DNA of 56,089 nt from the IMG/VR virus record IMGVR_UViG_3300042866_000291, positions 1-56,089 of that record. The stretch is one strand, 5' to 3'. Shown here one piece after another: positions 1 through 8,277 of this stretch (its first letter is position 1; each line of letters starts with the position of its first letter). Under the pieces are notes generated by a model that saw only the letters and a list, made by a program, of their open reading frames with translations, was not told where the DNA came from and did not search any database. The translations under genes and the position numbers were made by a program. Origin of the DNA: a virus (Duplodnaviria > Caudoviricetes).

Positions 1-1478
1 TTCTTCTCGACGGGCGAGCCCTCGATGTGGATCACCGTCACCTTGTCTGAGTCCTGACCCTTGCGGTCGGCGCGGGCCACGCACTGGGTGTACTGCTCGA
101 CGCTCATCAGCGGGCCGTAAAAAATCACCGTGTCCGCAGCAGTCAGCGTGATGCCGTGCGCGGTGGCCTGCGGCTGCATGACGAGCACCCTCGGGGTGGG
201 CTGCGTCTGGAAGCGCCGGATGATGTCGCCCCGCTTGGTGGCTGTGACGCCGCCATGGATCTGCTCGTTGGCCACGCCGTTCTTCGTGAGGAACTCACTG
301 ATGGTGTCGATGGCTGAGCGGAACAGCGCGAAGATGATTACTTTCCTCTCAGTTTGATCAAGCGCCTCCATCAGGACGTTCAGGCGCGGCGTGGCGTCGA
401 ACTCGACTGTCTCCTTGTTGTCGGTGTAGGCAACCCCGGCAGATATTTGGAGCAGCTTGTTGAGCGCAGCGGCAGCGTTGACTGCCGTGATCGTCTCGCC
501 TGCGGCCATGACCAGCATCTGGGTCTTGAGCAGGTTGTAGTACTTGGCCTGCTGCGGCGTGAGCGGCACCTCGCGGGTGGTCGTCAGTACAGGCGGCAGA
601 TCCAGGCACTGGGCCTTGGTGTAGCGGATGGCCGGTTGCAGTGCAGCGTGCACCTTGTCGGCAGCATCGGCCTTGGGCGCCCACTTGAACATGGTGATCT
701 TGTTCATCACCGCATCGCGCCACGCCGTGTAGAACTTGGGCACGTTGTTCGGGTTGACCAGCTTGGCCAGACCGTAGGCGTCCACGGGAGACTGCGAAGC
801 AGGAGTGCCGGTCATCATCCACAGGTACGTCTCGGGTGTGAGGATGGAGTTCAGCGCCTTCCACCGCTTGGTCTGCGGGTTCTTGTAGGCGTTGGCTTCG
901 TCCACGATGATCAGGTCGAACCGGCCGTCGTTCTTTACCTCGTTGGCGATCAGCGCCAGACCTTCGTAGTTGACGATCACGAACTCGTAGTTTTCTTGGA
1001 TGAGTTCGATGCGCCGTGCGGCCTGAGCATGATGCGCCACCACCGCGCTGCGATGAATGACGCTGTTACCCAAGTCCTGCATCCAGGCGCTGTGCATGAT
1101 CGACAGCGGGCACAGGATCAGGCAGCGTCGAACTTCACCGCGCTGCATCAGGTAGTCTGCCGCCCACAGGGCGGACAGCGTCTTGCCTGTACCGGGTTCG
1201 GACAGGACGAATGCGCGGCGATTGAGCGTGAGGAAAGAGGCTGTCTCCTTCTGGTGGGCCATCGGCTTGAAGCGCCCGGGCCAGTCGTACCTGCCAAAGA
1301 TTGGCGAAGGTACGTTCTTGACGCCCAGGTTCTTGAGCACCCGCGTCTCATCGAGCCCCCACCAGACTGCAACTTGGTAGCCGCCTGGGATCGGCGTGAC
1401 GTTGCTCTTAGGAATCAGGGAATACTTATCCGGGCTGCGCGTCTTAAAGACGAGCAGCTTGTTGTCGATGACTTCCAT
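1..1478 (-). CDS. SNF2-family (SF2) helicase, truncated by left edge
   Basis: Manual translation from ATG 1478 (AGGAG RBS): MEVIDNKLL..., Walker A SEPGTGKT, Walker B IIVDEA, motif III MTGTP, later QPQATAHGITL and RADR. Missing from the ORF track because it runs off the edge. Confidence 0.9.
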   Translation of the reverse strand, partial: MEVIDNKLLVFKTRSPDKYSLIPKSNVTPIPGGYQVAVWWGLDETRVLKNLGVKNVPSPIFGRYDWPGRFKPMAHQKETASFLTLNRRAFVLSEPGTGKTLSALWAADYLMQRGEVRRCLILCPLSIMHSAWMQDLGNSVIHRSAVVAHHAQAARRIELIQENYEFVIVNYEGLALIANEVKNDGRFDLIIVDEANAYKNPQTKRWKALNSILTPETYLWMMTGTPASQSPVDAYGLAKLVNPNNVPKFYTAWRDAVMNKITMFKWAPKADAADKVHAALQPAIRYTKAQCLDLPPVLTTTREVPLTPQQAKYYNLLKTQMLVMAAGETITAVNAAAALNKLLQISAGVAYTDNKETVEFDATPRLNVLMEALDQTERKVIIFALFRSAIDTISEFLTKNGVANEQIHGGVTATKRGDIIRRFQTQPTPRVLVMQPQATAHGITLTAADTVIFYGPLMSVEQYTQCVARADRKGQDSDKVTVIHIEGSPVEK

Positions 1479-1485
1479 GGTTCTC

Positions 1486-1716
1486 CTATTTGTTGTCGGA
1501 TCGGTTGGCGCTCTTGCTGCGCATGCGCAGGTTGTCCTTGGTGGACGTGCCACCGCTGCGCATCGGCTTGATGTGATCCACGTCTTTACCGTCACCCTTC
1601 TTGGCAGCGCCGGTCTTCTCCATCATGCGCCGCGCCTTGACGCGTTCAGCACGCTTCTTGATCTGCTCGGGCGTGCCCTGGTAGTTGTCATACTCTTGCT
1701 TGTAGTTCCTAGCCAC
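1486..1716 (-). CDS. Small HNH-motif protein (76 aa)
   Basis: GTG start after AAGGAG; DVDHIKPMRSGG...NLR...ANRS. Confidence 0.75.
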   Translation of the reverse strand: MARNYKQEYDNYQGTPEQIKKRAERVKARRMMEKTGAAKKGDGKDVDHIKPMRSGGTSTKDNLRMRSKSANRSDNK

Positions 1717-2266
1717 GTCTAGCTCCTTTGCTTGAGTTACATGAGCGGCACAGAATCTGGTAGTCCGCTTGCTGCTGATGAAACGCCTGCCATGCTTGAA
1801 GCGTTTCGTAGTCTGCGATGTGCCAGCCGCTGCCGTCTTCGTTGTTGGCCAAAGCGACATCACCGTGCTCTGCGCAGAATGCCTGTGCAATGTCCTTGAA
1901 CGGCTTGCTTTTGTGATCCACCGCGATGAAGTCTGTAGAGCTACACGCCACACAGACGAGTTCTGCTGCCTGCATGTATCCGTACGTCTGATGCTTGACG
2001 GCTACGCGCATGGCTTCCAGCAGGTTGTTGGCCGGGGATAGCGCCCGGTTCCATGACCAGACGACAAAGGTGTTTCCATCATCGGAGTGGGCCACGCACC
2101 GCGTATCGTTGGGGTACATCTGGTTGTACACCTTCTTGTACCAACGGAACTTCCACCCAGTCAGTTCGTTGAACCGCGCCGTATCTTCGTCACTGAACAA
2201 CGTGTTGCCGGGTTGCCGGTCGATCAGAGCGCGTATCTCTTCCTTGCGGGCTTTGATCGTAGTCAT
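1709..2266 (-). CDS. HNH endonuclease-like protein with a possible DUF3223/DCL-like N-terminus
   Basis: CVAC...VDH...QILCRSCNSSK zinc/HNH pattern. Confidence 0.65.
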   Translation of the reverse strand: MTTIKARKEEIRALIDRQPGNTLFSDEDTARFNELTGWKFRWYKKVYNQMYPNDTRCVAHSDDGNTFVVWSWNRALSPANNLLEAMRVAVKHQTYGYMQAAELVCVACSSTDFIAVDHKSKPFKDIAQAFCAEHGDVALANNEDGSGWHIADYETLQAWQAFHQQQADYQILCRSCNSSKGARRG

Positions 2267-2267
2267 A

Positions 2268-2933
2268 TCAGTGCTTCGGGTTTAGCGGGCAGGTGGTGAC
2301 CGGGCACCACCCACACAGCGGTGATTGAGACGGGTTCCACACATCTGTGGCGTGCGCTGATTCGAGCTTGGCCACGCGCTCCTTGTAGCGCCACCATGCT
2401 TCCTCAGCCTCACCGCGCAGCATGGCGTGGGTGGTCATCGTCTCTTTCACCAGGAACATCAGCGCCGACTTGACCTGCCTGATGTGGGGGAAGTGAGCGA
2501 AGACCATGAGGGACATCAAGACCAACTGGTCTTTGTCCGGGTACTTGTTGTTGCCCGTCTTCCAGTCCACCACCTTGGCGGTCAGGTTGTCGTCGTTGAT
2601 GATGAGCAGGTCGGCGATGCCACGTACCCAGCGATTGGGATCGTTAAAGCCACAAGGCTGAAGGTCACGCGTGATACCCATCTCATGCTCGAACAGTTTG
2701 CGCCCGGGCTTCTTGAGGATCTCGTCCACCGCCGGTTTGAACTGCGCGTACTTCTCCGGTATCGGCGTGCCGAGCTTGCCGTAGTCCTCGATGGCTTTGT
2801 GCACGTCCTTGCCGTAGATGGTGTGCGTCGTCTCAACGAACGGATAGTTCTTGAGAACCTTGACCTCGTGGTAGCGACGGGCGCAGCCCTCGAAGTCTTT
2901 GAGTGCGCTGTGGCTCCAGGTGACGTTGGTCAT
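2268..2933 (-). CDS. PD-(D/E)XK Cas4/RecB-like exonuclease
   Basis: WSHS...C at N-terminus, RGIADL, VDWKTG, QL, C-terminal CGWCPVTTC. Confidence 0.85.
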   Translation of the reverse strand: MTNVTWSHSALKDFEGCARRYHEVKVLKNYPFVETTHTIYGKDVHKAIEDYGKLGTPIPEKYAQFKPAVDEILKKPGRKLFEHEMGITRDLQPCGFNDPNRWVRGIADLLIINDDNLTAKVVDWKTGNNKYPDKDQLVLMSLMVFAHFPHIRQVKSALMFLVKETMTTHAMLRGEAEEAWWRYKERVAKLESAHATDVWNPSQSPLCGWCPVTTCPLNPKH

Positions 2934-3250
2934 TTGAACTCCGCCGACTTGATGGCCTTGGCAAGGCGCCCTGCAAACTCGGTGACGAACTTCTCGTCGT
3001 TGTACAGGCGGCTGTCCATGTCGTAGAGGATGGCGTGCACAAGCTCATGCCAGAAGGTGTCGCACATCTGGTCGTTGCTGAACTTGCGGCCATCGACGTT
3101 GCTGGTCTGACCGATCTGAATGCGGCCTGCTTCGTACCAGATGCGGCCACGATCACGCGCACGCTGCATGGACTGGATGATGTCCACGGAATATTGTTTG
3201 TCGCCGACCTTGATGCGGCGGGGAATGGGGGCGGGTTGGTTAGCGGTCAT
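2930..3250 (-). CDS. Small HExxH putative metallopeptidase
   Basis: TFWHELVHAIL...NDEKFV. Confidence 0.6.
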   Translation of the reverse strand: MTANQPAPIPRRIKVGDKQYSVDIIQSMQRARDRGRIWYEAGRIQIGQTSNVDGRKFSNDQMCDTFWHELVHAILYDMDSRLYNDEKFVTEFAGRLAKAIKSAEFK

Positions 3251-3428
3251 GTTGCTCCTTCAGGTGTTTTAGTGTTGTCTGCAAGATGCGGGCTTCTGTC
3301 AGTAGCATCAGCACGCGCTCCTGGGCTTCTCCGTAGTGCTTCTCGTTGCACAGGTCATGGATCTCTTTTGCGCACCGCTCGATCTTCATGAGCGGCATCG
3401 CGTAGTCAATGATCGTGTCGGTCTTCAT
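3240..3428 (-). CDS. Hypothetical protein (62 aa)
   Basis: ATG overlaps the polymerase stop (ATGA); MKTDTIIDYAMPL... Confidence 0.6.
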   Translation of the reverse strand: MKTDTIIDYAMPLMKIERCAKEIHDLCNEKHYGEAQERVLMLLTEARILQTTLKHLKEQHDR

Positions 3429-5398
3429 CCTTTTGCTAGTCCGTATCGTTTGTTGTAGCCCACATCTGTCTTGAGCGGAATGCCTGGAAGGTAGGGTACA
3501 GGCGCAACCATTTGCGCAAAGACCCAAGTCTTCGCGTCCTCCGCTTCATCTTCCGGTACCACGGCGATCAATTCATCATGCACCGTGCCTGCCACAGGGT
3601 ACTTTTTAGCAACCCTAAGCATGCCATCCGTCATGACGCATCGCGCCGTACCCTGGACAATGTTGTTGGTGACCTTGCCGCCGTACAGACTGACACGCTT
3701 CTTGCCGTCAGCGTACGTCCACACGACGCGGCCACCATCGCCCTTGTCCGGGCGGAGATCAGGATACCTCATCGCCATACCGCTTGGCAAGATGATCTGT
3801 TCCTTGCGGAAGGTGATGCACTTGTGCGTGTATTCCTTGCCCTTGTACAGGCTGTACTCGATGAGTTCCTGGCACAGATTCCAGAACGCCACCACCGCCT
3901 GTGATGCAGCGCGGTACTTGTCGATGATCGCCTTGGCTGCAAGGCAGTGGATGAGCAACTCTTCGTCGGTGCAGGTGTGCGGGATCTGCTGCATGCGCTT
4001 GACGTTGTCTTCCCAGGACAGAAAGCGTTCCACATCTTCAGCCGTCACACCCAGGGTCTTGGCAGCTTCCTTGGTGTAGAGCACCGGATCAGCGCCCAGG
4101 AACCCCGTGAGAAGCTGCGCAGCGAACGAAGACCAACCCAACTGGTAGCCTGCGCCCAGCAGCGCGGACTTGGCTGATTGGCGCTCGATTGGGTGGCTGT
4201 CTTTGGTCATGCCCGGGATGCCGAACATCTGTGCGCCGAACGCAGCGTACGGATCACCACCGGCCTCGAACACGTCTAGTAGAGCCTTGTTATCCGAAAG
4301 AACCGCGAGGACACGGGGCTCGATCTGCGAAAGGTCACCAGCAACCAGTACGTACCCTTGCGGGGCCATGATGGAGTTTCTGAGGAAGCTGCCACGTTTC
4401 AAGTTCTGCATGTTGATGGCGCTGCCTTTGCTTGCCGTCCACCGACCAGTGCCTGCGCCAAAATAGCTAAGCGGAACCGGTAACCGGCCACGGTTCGCGA
4501 TATCAAGAAAGCGCTGTGCTCGCGTGCGCTCGGATGTCGATTTAACCTTGAGTCGTGCCTCGCACAGCAGCGCGACATCCTCACGATTTCCGTTGACGAG
4601 GGCTTGGAAGAGGGCGTCGTTTTTAGCAAGAGCGTAAGTCTCTTTGCCTGTTGTTTTACTGATCTTTGTTGGTGGTGTGACCCCGAGCGTTTCGAGTGTT
4701 TTGGCGAATCGGTCATTCGACGCAAGCGAAGCCTCATCCACGCCGAGCCTCTGTAGTAATCCTTCACGGGCGTTCCTTTCGTCTTCGATGGCCTTGGCCA
4801 GCAGTTCCTTGTCGAGTTCCAGCAGCGGCCTTGTGTACATCTTCAGAGTGAGATCGATGAGCCTATGCTCTTTGGCAGGGAATCCAACCACCAGTCTTGC
4901 AAAGATGGACTCACACAGGTAGACATCATGCGAGCAGTACTCGGCCAACTCTCGCTCGATCTCTTCTGTAAGCTCTCCCAGTCCATCGGTCGAATGTACG
5001 GCTCGCCCTTTGGGGGGAAGACCAAAATCGCTTGCCAGTTGTGCGAGGGAATTGCCAACCTCCACGCCGCGTAAAGCTCGCGCCATTGACAGCGTGTCGA
5101 AGATGAAGACGGGCTGGACACCGTAGCGCCAGCAAAGGATTGAGACATCGAACTGTGCGTTATGCGCAAGGACGGCGGTTCGTCCCCAGTCGATTCCAGA
5201 AAGGTACTCAGGTAGATCTGATCCTCCAATCCATTTAATCGGCTCGTCGCTTCCATATACATGGACACAAGCTCCGAAGGCTTTAAAGCGGCTATCACGT
5301 ATGTACTCCTCCGTTGTCATCTTCGAGAGGGTGTACTCCTTGCTGCTCCAGCGCGTCTCGAAGTCGATTGAAAGAATCTGGTCGAAAGGTAAGCTCAA
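3425..5398 (-). CDS. polA: Family A DNA polymerase with 3'-5' exonuclease domain
   Basis: Exo DFET, HNAQFD, YCSHD; motif A DLSQIEPR, motif B RQSAKSALLGAGY, motif C VHDE. Confidence 0.95.
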   Translation of the reverse strand: MSLPFDQILSIDFETRWSSKEYTLSKMTTEEYIRDSRFKAFGACVHVYGSDEPIKWIGGSDLPEYLSGIDWGRTAVLAHNAQFDVSILCWRYGVQPVFIFDTLSMARALRGVEVGNSLAQLASDFGLPPKGRAVHSTDGLGELTEEIERELAEYCSHDVYLCESIFARLVVGFPAKEHRLIDLTLKMYTRPLLELDKELLAKAIEDERNAREGLLQRLGVDEASLASNDRFAKTLETLGVTPPTKISKTTGKETYALAKNDALFQALVNGNREDVALLCEARLKVKSTSERTRAQRFLDIANRGRLPVPLSYFGAGTGRWTASKGSAINMQNLKRGSFLRNSIMAPQGYVLVAGDLSQIEPRVLAVLSDNKALLDVFEAGGDPYAAFGAQMFGIPGMTKDSHPIERQSAKSALLGAGYQLGWSSFAAQLLTGFLGADPVLYTKEAAKTLGVTAEDVERFLSWEDNVKRMQQIPHTCTDEELLIHCLAAKAIIDKYRAASQAVVAFWNLCQELIEYSLYKGKEYTHKCITFRKEQIILPSGMAMRYPDLRPDKGDGGRVVWTYADGKKRVSLYGGKVTNNIVQGTARCVMTDGMLRVAKKYPVAGTVHDELIAVVPEDEAEDAKTWVFAQMVAPVPYLPGIPLKTDVGYNKRYGLAKG

Positions 5399-5688
5399 TG
5401 TTTAGTCTCCTCATCGCTGCCTTTGAATGTGTCAGCAAACACTTCCGCTGATGCGCGGATGATTCCAGCAGACTCAAAGAAGGTGGCGTTGAGCCCCATC
5501 GTGGTGAGATACCCATCAGTACTGGCCACCACCAGCACGCCTTGCGTGTCTTCTTCGACGAACGTGCGCAGCATCAGCTTGATGGCCTTGATCAGCGCCT
5601 TCTGCTGATCGTCGGGCATCGCTGCGATGAGCGTGTCCATCCTGGCGTAGTACGCCTTGTCGTCCTCATTCATTACTTCTCCTAGCAT
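5395..5688 (-). CDS. Hypothetical protein
   Basis: Tightly packed ORF in the operon; start could be the downstream Met (MNEDDK). Confidence 0.6.
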   Translation of the reverse strand: MLGEVMNEDDKAYYARMDTLIAAMPDDQQKALIKAIKLMLRTFVEEDTQGVLVVASTDGYLTTMGLNATFFESAGIIRASAEVFADTFKGSDEETKH

Positions 5689-5968
5689 CTAGCACCTCCT
5701 GTAGTTCATGCATATTGCCCTCGTTGATCACAATGGCCGTACCGCCAGATGCGCGTATCTTGGCCATCTCCGCCTCCTGCAAAGCGGTAGGTTTGTTGTT
5801 GCCTGCCTTGCACTCGATGGCCAGGAAGTGGCCGTCCAAGCACGCAACGATGTCGGGGATCCCCACCCTACCGTAGCCCGACGCTACGGGGAAGAAGTGA
5901 TAAACACTACGCGCCTTCAGCAGCGCCACGCATTGCTTCTTGACTTTGACTTCCGGCGTTGCTGCCAT
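5666..5968 (-). CDS. VRR-NUC domain nuclease
   Basis: TPEVKVK...GIPDIV...FLAIECKA...PTALQ...GG. Confidence 0.85.
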   Translation of the reverse strand: MAATPEVKVKKQCVALLKARSVYHFFPVASGYGRVGIPDIVACLDGHFLAIECKAGNNKPTALQEAEMAKIRASGGTAIVINEGNMHELQEVLDARRSNE

Positions 5969-6290
5969 CGAGAGACTCCGTTGGTTTGAGGATCATGGAC
6001 TGCCACATCGTGACCACCATGCCGTGCACAGTGCGGCTGTTGGCCCGCACCCAGCCGGAGCCCACCACCACGCCTTCACGTCTAGCGCGTCGTGCGATGC
6101 TGCCCCAGGCCCGGTCGTCGGGGGGTTGTGGTAGATCAGGGTTGGCTGCACGCACCTCTTCTGTTGTGAAGTGCGAATGCGTCATGGCGTACTGCTTGAA
6201 TGCGTAGAACGCTTCTTCTTTCCAGAACTCGCCTGCGTTGTCAGCGGCGACTTCGGCCATCTCGTGGCCAATGCTTAGACCTTCGTTCAT
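5907..6290 (-). CDS. Hypothetical protein, possible winged-helix
   Basis: Strong RBS ACAGGAG; FTTEEVR...RAWGSIARRA. Confidence 0.65.
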   Translation of the reverse strand: MNEGLSIGHEMAEVAADNAGEFWKEEAFYAFKQYAMTHSHFTTEEVRAANPDLPQPPDDRAWGSIARRARREGVVVGSGWVRANSRTVHGMVVTMWQSMILKPTESLDGSNAGSQSQEAMRGAAEGA

Positions 6291-6313
6291 GTGTTTCTCC
6301 TGTAGTTTGAATG

Positions 6314-6456
6314 CGAGGGGGAAATGCAGATTCCTAGCCCCCTCGTTCTAGGTGGAAGGTGCCTACGCGGGATTACTGATTGGCGGCGTCCCGTGTAGGA
6401 GTAACCGTGGGTCGCATCTGCAAGGCTTGCCACCGTTACCTAACCATGCTGCCGCC
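6314..6456 (-). ncRNA. Candidate multi-pseudoknot structured RNA (strand uncertain)
   Basis: Six complementary segment pairs in a ~145-nt intergenic gap (listed in findings). Confidence 0.6.
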
Positions 6457-6457
6457 T

Positions 6458-6796
6458 TCAGGACTTCTTTGCTTCTTCTACTTCGATCAGCTTGTCGATG
6501 TAGTGACGCGCCTTCTTCAGGTCTTGGATGCCACCCTTCAGGCGCCATCGTGAGAGGTACTTGACGGCGTTGCCGTCCAGGTAGCCAAGATTCCAGTCAA
6601 GGATAACGTCCCAGGTTTCGTGCTTGAACTGCTTGTAGTGTGAGCCTCCTTCTTGACGCGCATTTGCTCGTAGTAGGCTTTCTCCTGCCTCGATGTCCTT
6701 ATCGTCTGATCGTCCCGGTTCGGGTTGTTTTTCATCCCCAGTCTTAAATCTTCTTTCGTTCCCACGGTCGTAAAGCGTGTTCCACAAGTCTGGCAT
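6458..6796 (-). CDS. DUF3310 (SaV-like) protein
   Basis: QEGGSHYK...GNAVKYLSR...KGGIQDLKKARHYI; AAGGAG RBS before ATG 6796. Confidence 0.85.
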   Translation of the reverse strand: MPDLWNTLYDRGNERRFKTGDEKQPEPGRSDDKDIEAGESLLRANARQEGGSHYKQFKHETWDVILDWNLGYLDGNAVKYLSRWRLKGGIQDLKKARHYIDKLIEVEEAKKS

Positions 6797-6879
6797 TCAT
6801 ATCTCCTTCGTTTCAAGCCGTTTGCGGCTCTTCGTGTTTCAAGTGTTTGGCAACTTCCGCCGCACTTGGGGCATTGCAT
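6538..6879 (-). CDS. NrdR-N-like zinc-ribbon protein overlapping DUF3310
   Basis: MQCPKCG...ETR...RRRYECQTCGTRFTT. Confidence 0.65.
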   Translation of the reverse strand: MQCPKCGGSCQTLETRRAANGLKRRRYECQTCGTRFTTVGTKEDLRLGMKNNPNRDDQTIRTSRQEKAYYEQMRVKKEAHTTSSSSTKPGTLSLTGILATWTATPSSTSHDGA

Positions 6880-7232
6880 GTCAACAACTCCATGATCTTG
6901 ATTTGCTTCTTCTTGGCGCGGTAGGCGATCTGCCGTTCAGCCTGCGTCTTCTTCTGACGCCGCTTGTCGGTGCCCTCACCAAGTTTGTAAATCTTAGCCA
7001 GATCACGGCCCCGTTTGTCCTTCTCCCATGCAGCAATATGGGCGGCACCCGCGCGATGCAACTCCCGGGTGTATTGCAGTACCGTCACGTAGTGCAGCCC
7101 GGTCATCTTGGCAAGCTCGGCGCAGGTGTAGGTGCCTTCGAGCAGCAGCTTGATGAGTTGCGCCTGCATGATCGCGTTGATCTTGATCTGGCGCTTACCC
7201 TTGGGGCTGGGCGGTGTTGGTACGTAGGTCAT
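6813..7232 (-). CDS. Winged helix-turn-helix DNA-binding protein
   Basis: LLLEGTYTCAELAKMTGLHYVTVLQYTRELHRAG. Confidence 0.65.
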   Translation of the reverse strand: MTYVPTPPSPKGKRQIKINAIMQAQLIKLLLEGTYTCAELAKMTGLHYVTVLQYTRELHRAGAAHIAAWEKDKRGRDLAKIYKLGEGTDKRRQKKTQAERQIAYRAKKKQIKIMELLTCNAPSAAEVAKHLKHEEPQTA

Positions 7233-7452
7233 GCAGTTGTTGCTCCAGTTGTTTCACGCGCTCGTATGCGCACATGTAATGCTCAGGCCCCCACGACCAG
7301 CAGCCTTCGGCGTGGCTTCCAATGTGGTTGATGTAGTTGGTGATGTCGCGTGCCAGTTGGTCGCGGTCAACAAGCTCGTTGGAAGAAGAGTTGTTGATAG
7401 TAGTCCCACGCAGATAGGCGTGGCACTGCATCAAGAGTTTGATGTGGTTCAT
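7195..7452 (-). CDS. Hypothetical protein
   Basis: Packed ORF with HAEGCWSWGPEHYMCA motif. Confidence 0.6.
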   Translation of the reverse strand: MNHIKLLMQCHAYLRGTTINNSSSNELVDRDQLARDITNYINHIGSHAEGCWSWGPEHYMCAYERVKQLEQQLHDLRTNTAQPQG

Positions 7453-7652
7453 TGCCGATCCTTTATGTTGGACAGCCGCTGCCAGATCGCCTCGGCTTCT
7501 TCATCGGGCACTTCCCTTGAGTTCTCAAACAGCGTGCCGTCCTCCATCATCTGTTTAATCGCGGCCATCATCTCGTCCAGTTCTTCCTGCGTGCCCTCGA
7601 AGTTGTCGAAGGCTCCAGGCGCGATCTCAAGTTTCAGTTTCTTGTCGGTCAT
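7449..7652 (-). CDS. Hypothetical acidic protein
   Basis: GAGG RBS, stop overlaps next ATG; PGAFDNFEGTQEELDE. Confidence 0.65.
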   Translation of the reverse strand: MTDKKLKLEIAPGAFDNFEGTQEELDEMMAAIKQMMEDGTLFENSREVPDEEAEAIWQRLSNIKDRQ

Positions 7653-7872
7653 GTTTTTTCCTCAGTCGAATCAGTTCGTCAAGCATCCGCTCCATCTGAT
7701 CTGCGGCGTGTAGATGAAACGGGCTGATGGGGATGGCGCGTGCGAGGCTTCTCATCATGCCGATGGTCACCCGCACCGACCTCTCGGATACTTTCTGCCT
7801 TGACTTGGGCTGTGCATCTATCTGCGCCAGTACCTTGGCCCCCTTCTGGTTTGCGTTGTGGTCGCCGCTCAT
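7627..7872 (-). CDS. Hypothetical protein
   Basis: Start moved to MSGDHN (ATGA overlap with upstream stop). Confidence 0.55.
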   Translation of the reverse strand: MSGDHNANQKGAKVLAQIDAQPKSRQKVSERSVRVTIGMMRSLARAIPISPFHLHAADQMERMLDELIRLRKKHDRQETET

Positions 7873-8150
7873 GCCCGCTTCCTTAAAACTCTTATCGCCG
7901 CAGCGCACGCCGCCGCCCCACACAACACGCCCTTTTTAAGAAGCTCGTCTTCTGGGTGAAACATCCCCCGGTCTTTCGCCAAGTTTTCACACAACTTCGC
8001 ACACGCCTCACGCTCGGCAGCGGCAACCAAAGCGGCGAAGCGATGCAATTCTTTGTTAATGTGAACTCCATCAACACTTGCAGCCCAAATGTCAAAGTTC
8101 ACATCGAACCCGGCCTTCCGCGGCAGTCGGATGATGGTGTCACGATCCAT
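7869..8150 (-). CDS. Hypothetical protein
   Basis: MDRDTIIR...FAALVAAAEREACAKLCE, a common phage small-protein pattern. Confidence 0.6.
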   Translation of the reverse strand: MDRDTIIRLPRKAGFDVNFDIWAASVDGVHINKELHRFAALVAAAEREACAKLCENLAKDRGMFHPEDELLKKGVLCGAAACAAAIRVLRKRA

Positions 8151-8277
8151 GTCTGTCCTTCCACCATGCTTCAAAGAAGCCCCAGATGACGCCGCCGATG
8201 GCGCTGCCGATGATGATGCCGATGATGATGCTGATGATGGTTCCAAACAGGAACCCCGGAGAAATTTCGCAGTTCAT
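8140..8277 (-). CDS. Small membrane protein (45 aa)
   Basis: Manual translation MNCEISPGFLFGTIISIIIGIIIGSAIGGVIWGFFEAWWKDRHGS; one TM helix with GxxxG; AGGAG RBS. Confidence 0.55.
   Translation of the reverse strand: MNCEISPGFLFGTIISIIIGIIIGSAIGGVIWGFFEAWWKDRHGS

Noticed and set aside
354-1571. 405-aa plus-strand ORF
   Set aside because: Antisense shadow of the SNF2 helicase; GC3 bias removes stops on the opposite strand.
3425-5398. Intein or intron in polymerase (also checked terminase)
   Set aside because: Lengths are ordinary and no splice-junction or homing-endonuclease motifs are visible.
6314-6456. tRNA or hammerhead ribozyme; 61-70 aa ORFs across the gap
   Set aside because: No cloverleaf or T-loop, CTGAT is not followed by the hammerhead GA core, and the ORFs lack RBS and coding-like composition.
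8195-8240. GAT/GCC-rich repeat as a regulatory microsatellite
   Set aside because: Explained by Ile/Gly codons of a small transmembrane protein on the minus strand.
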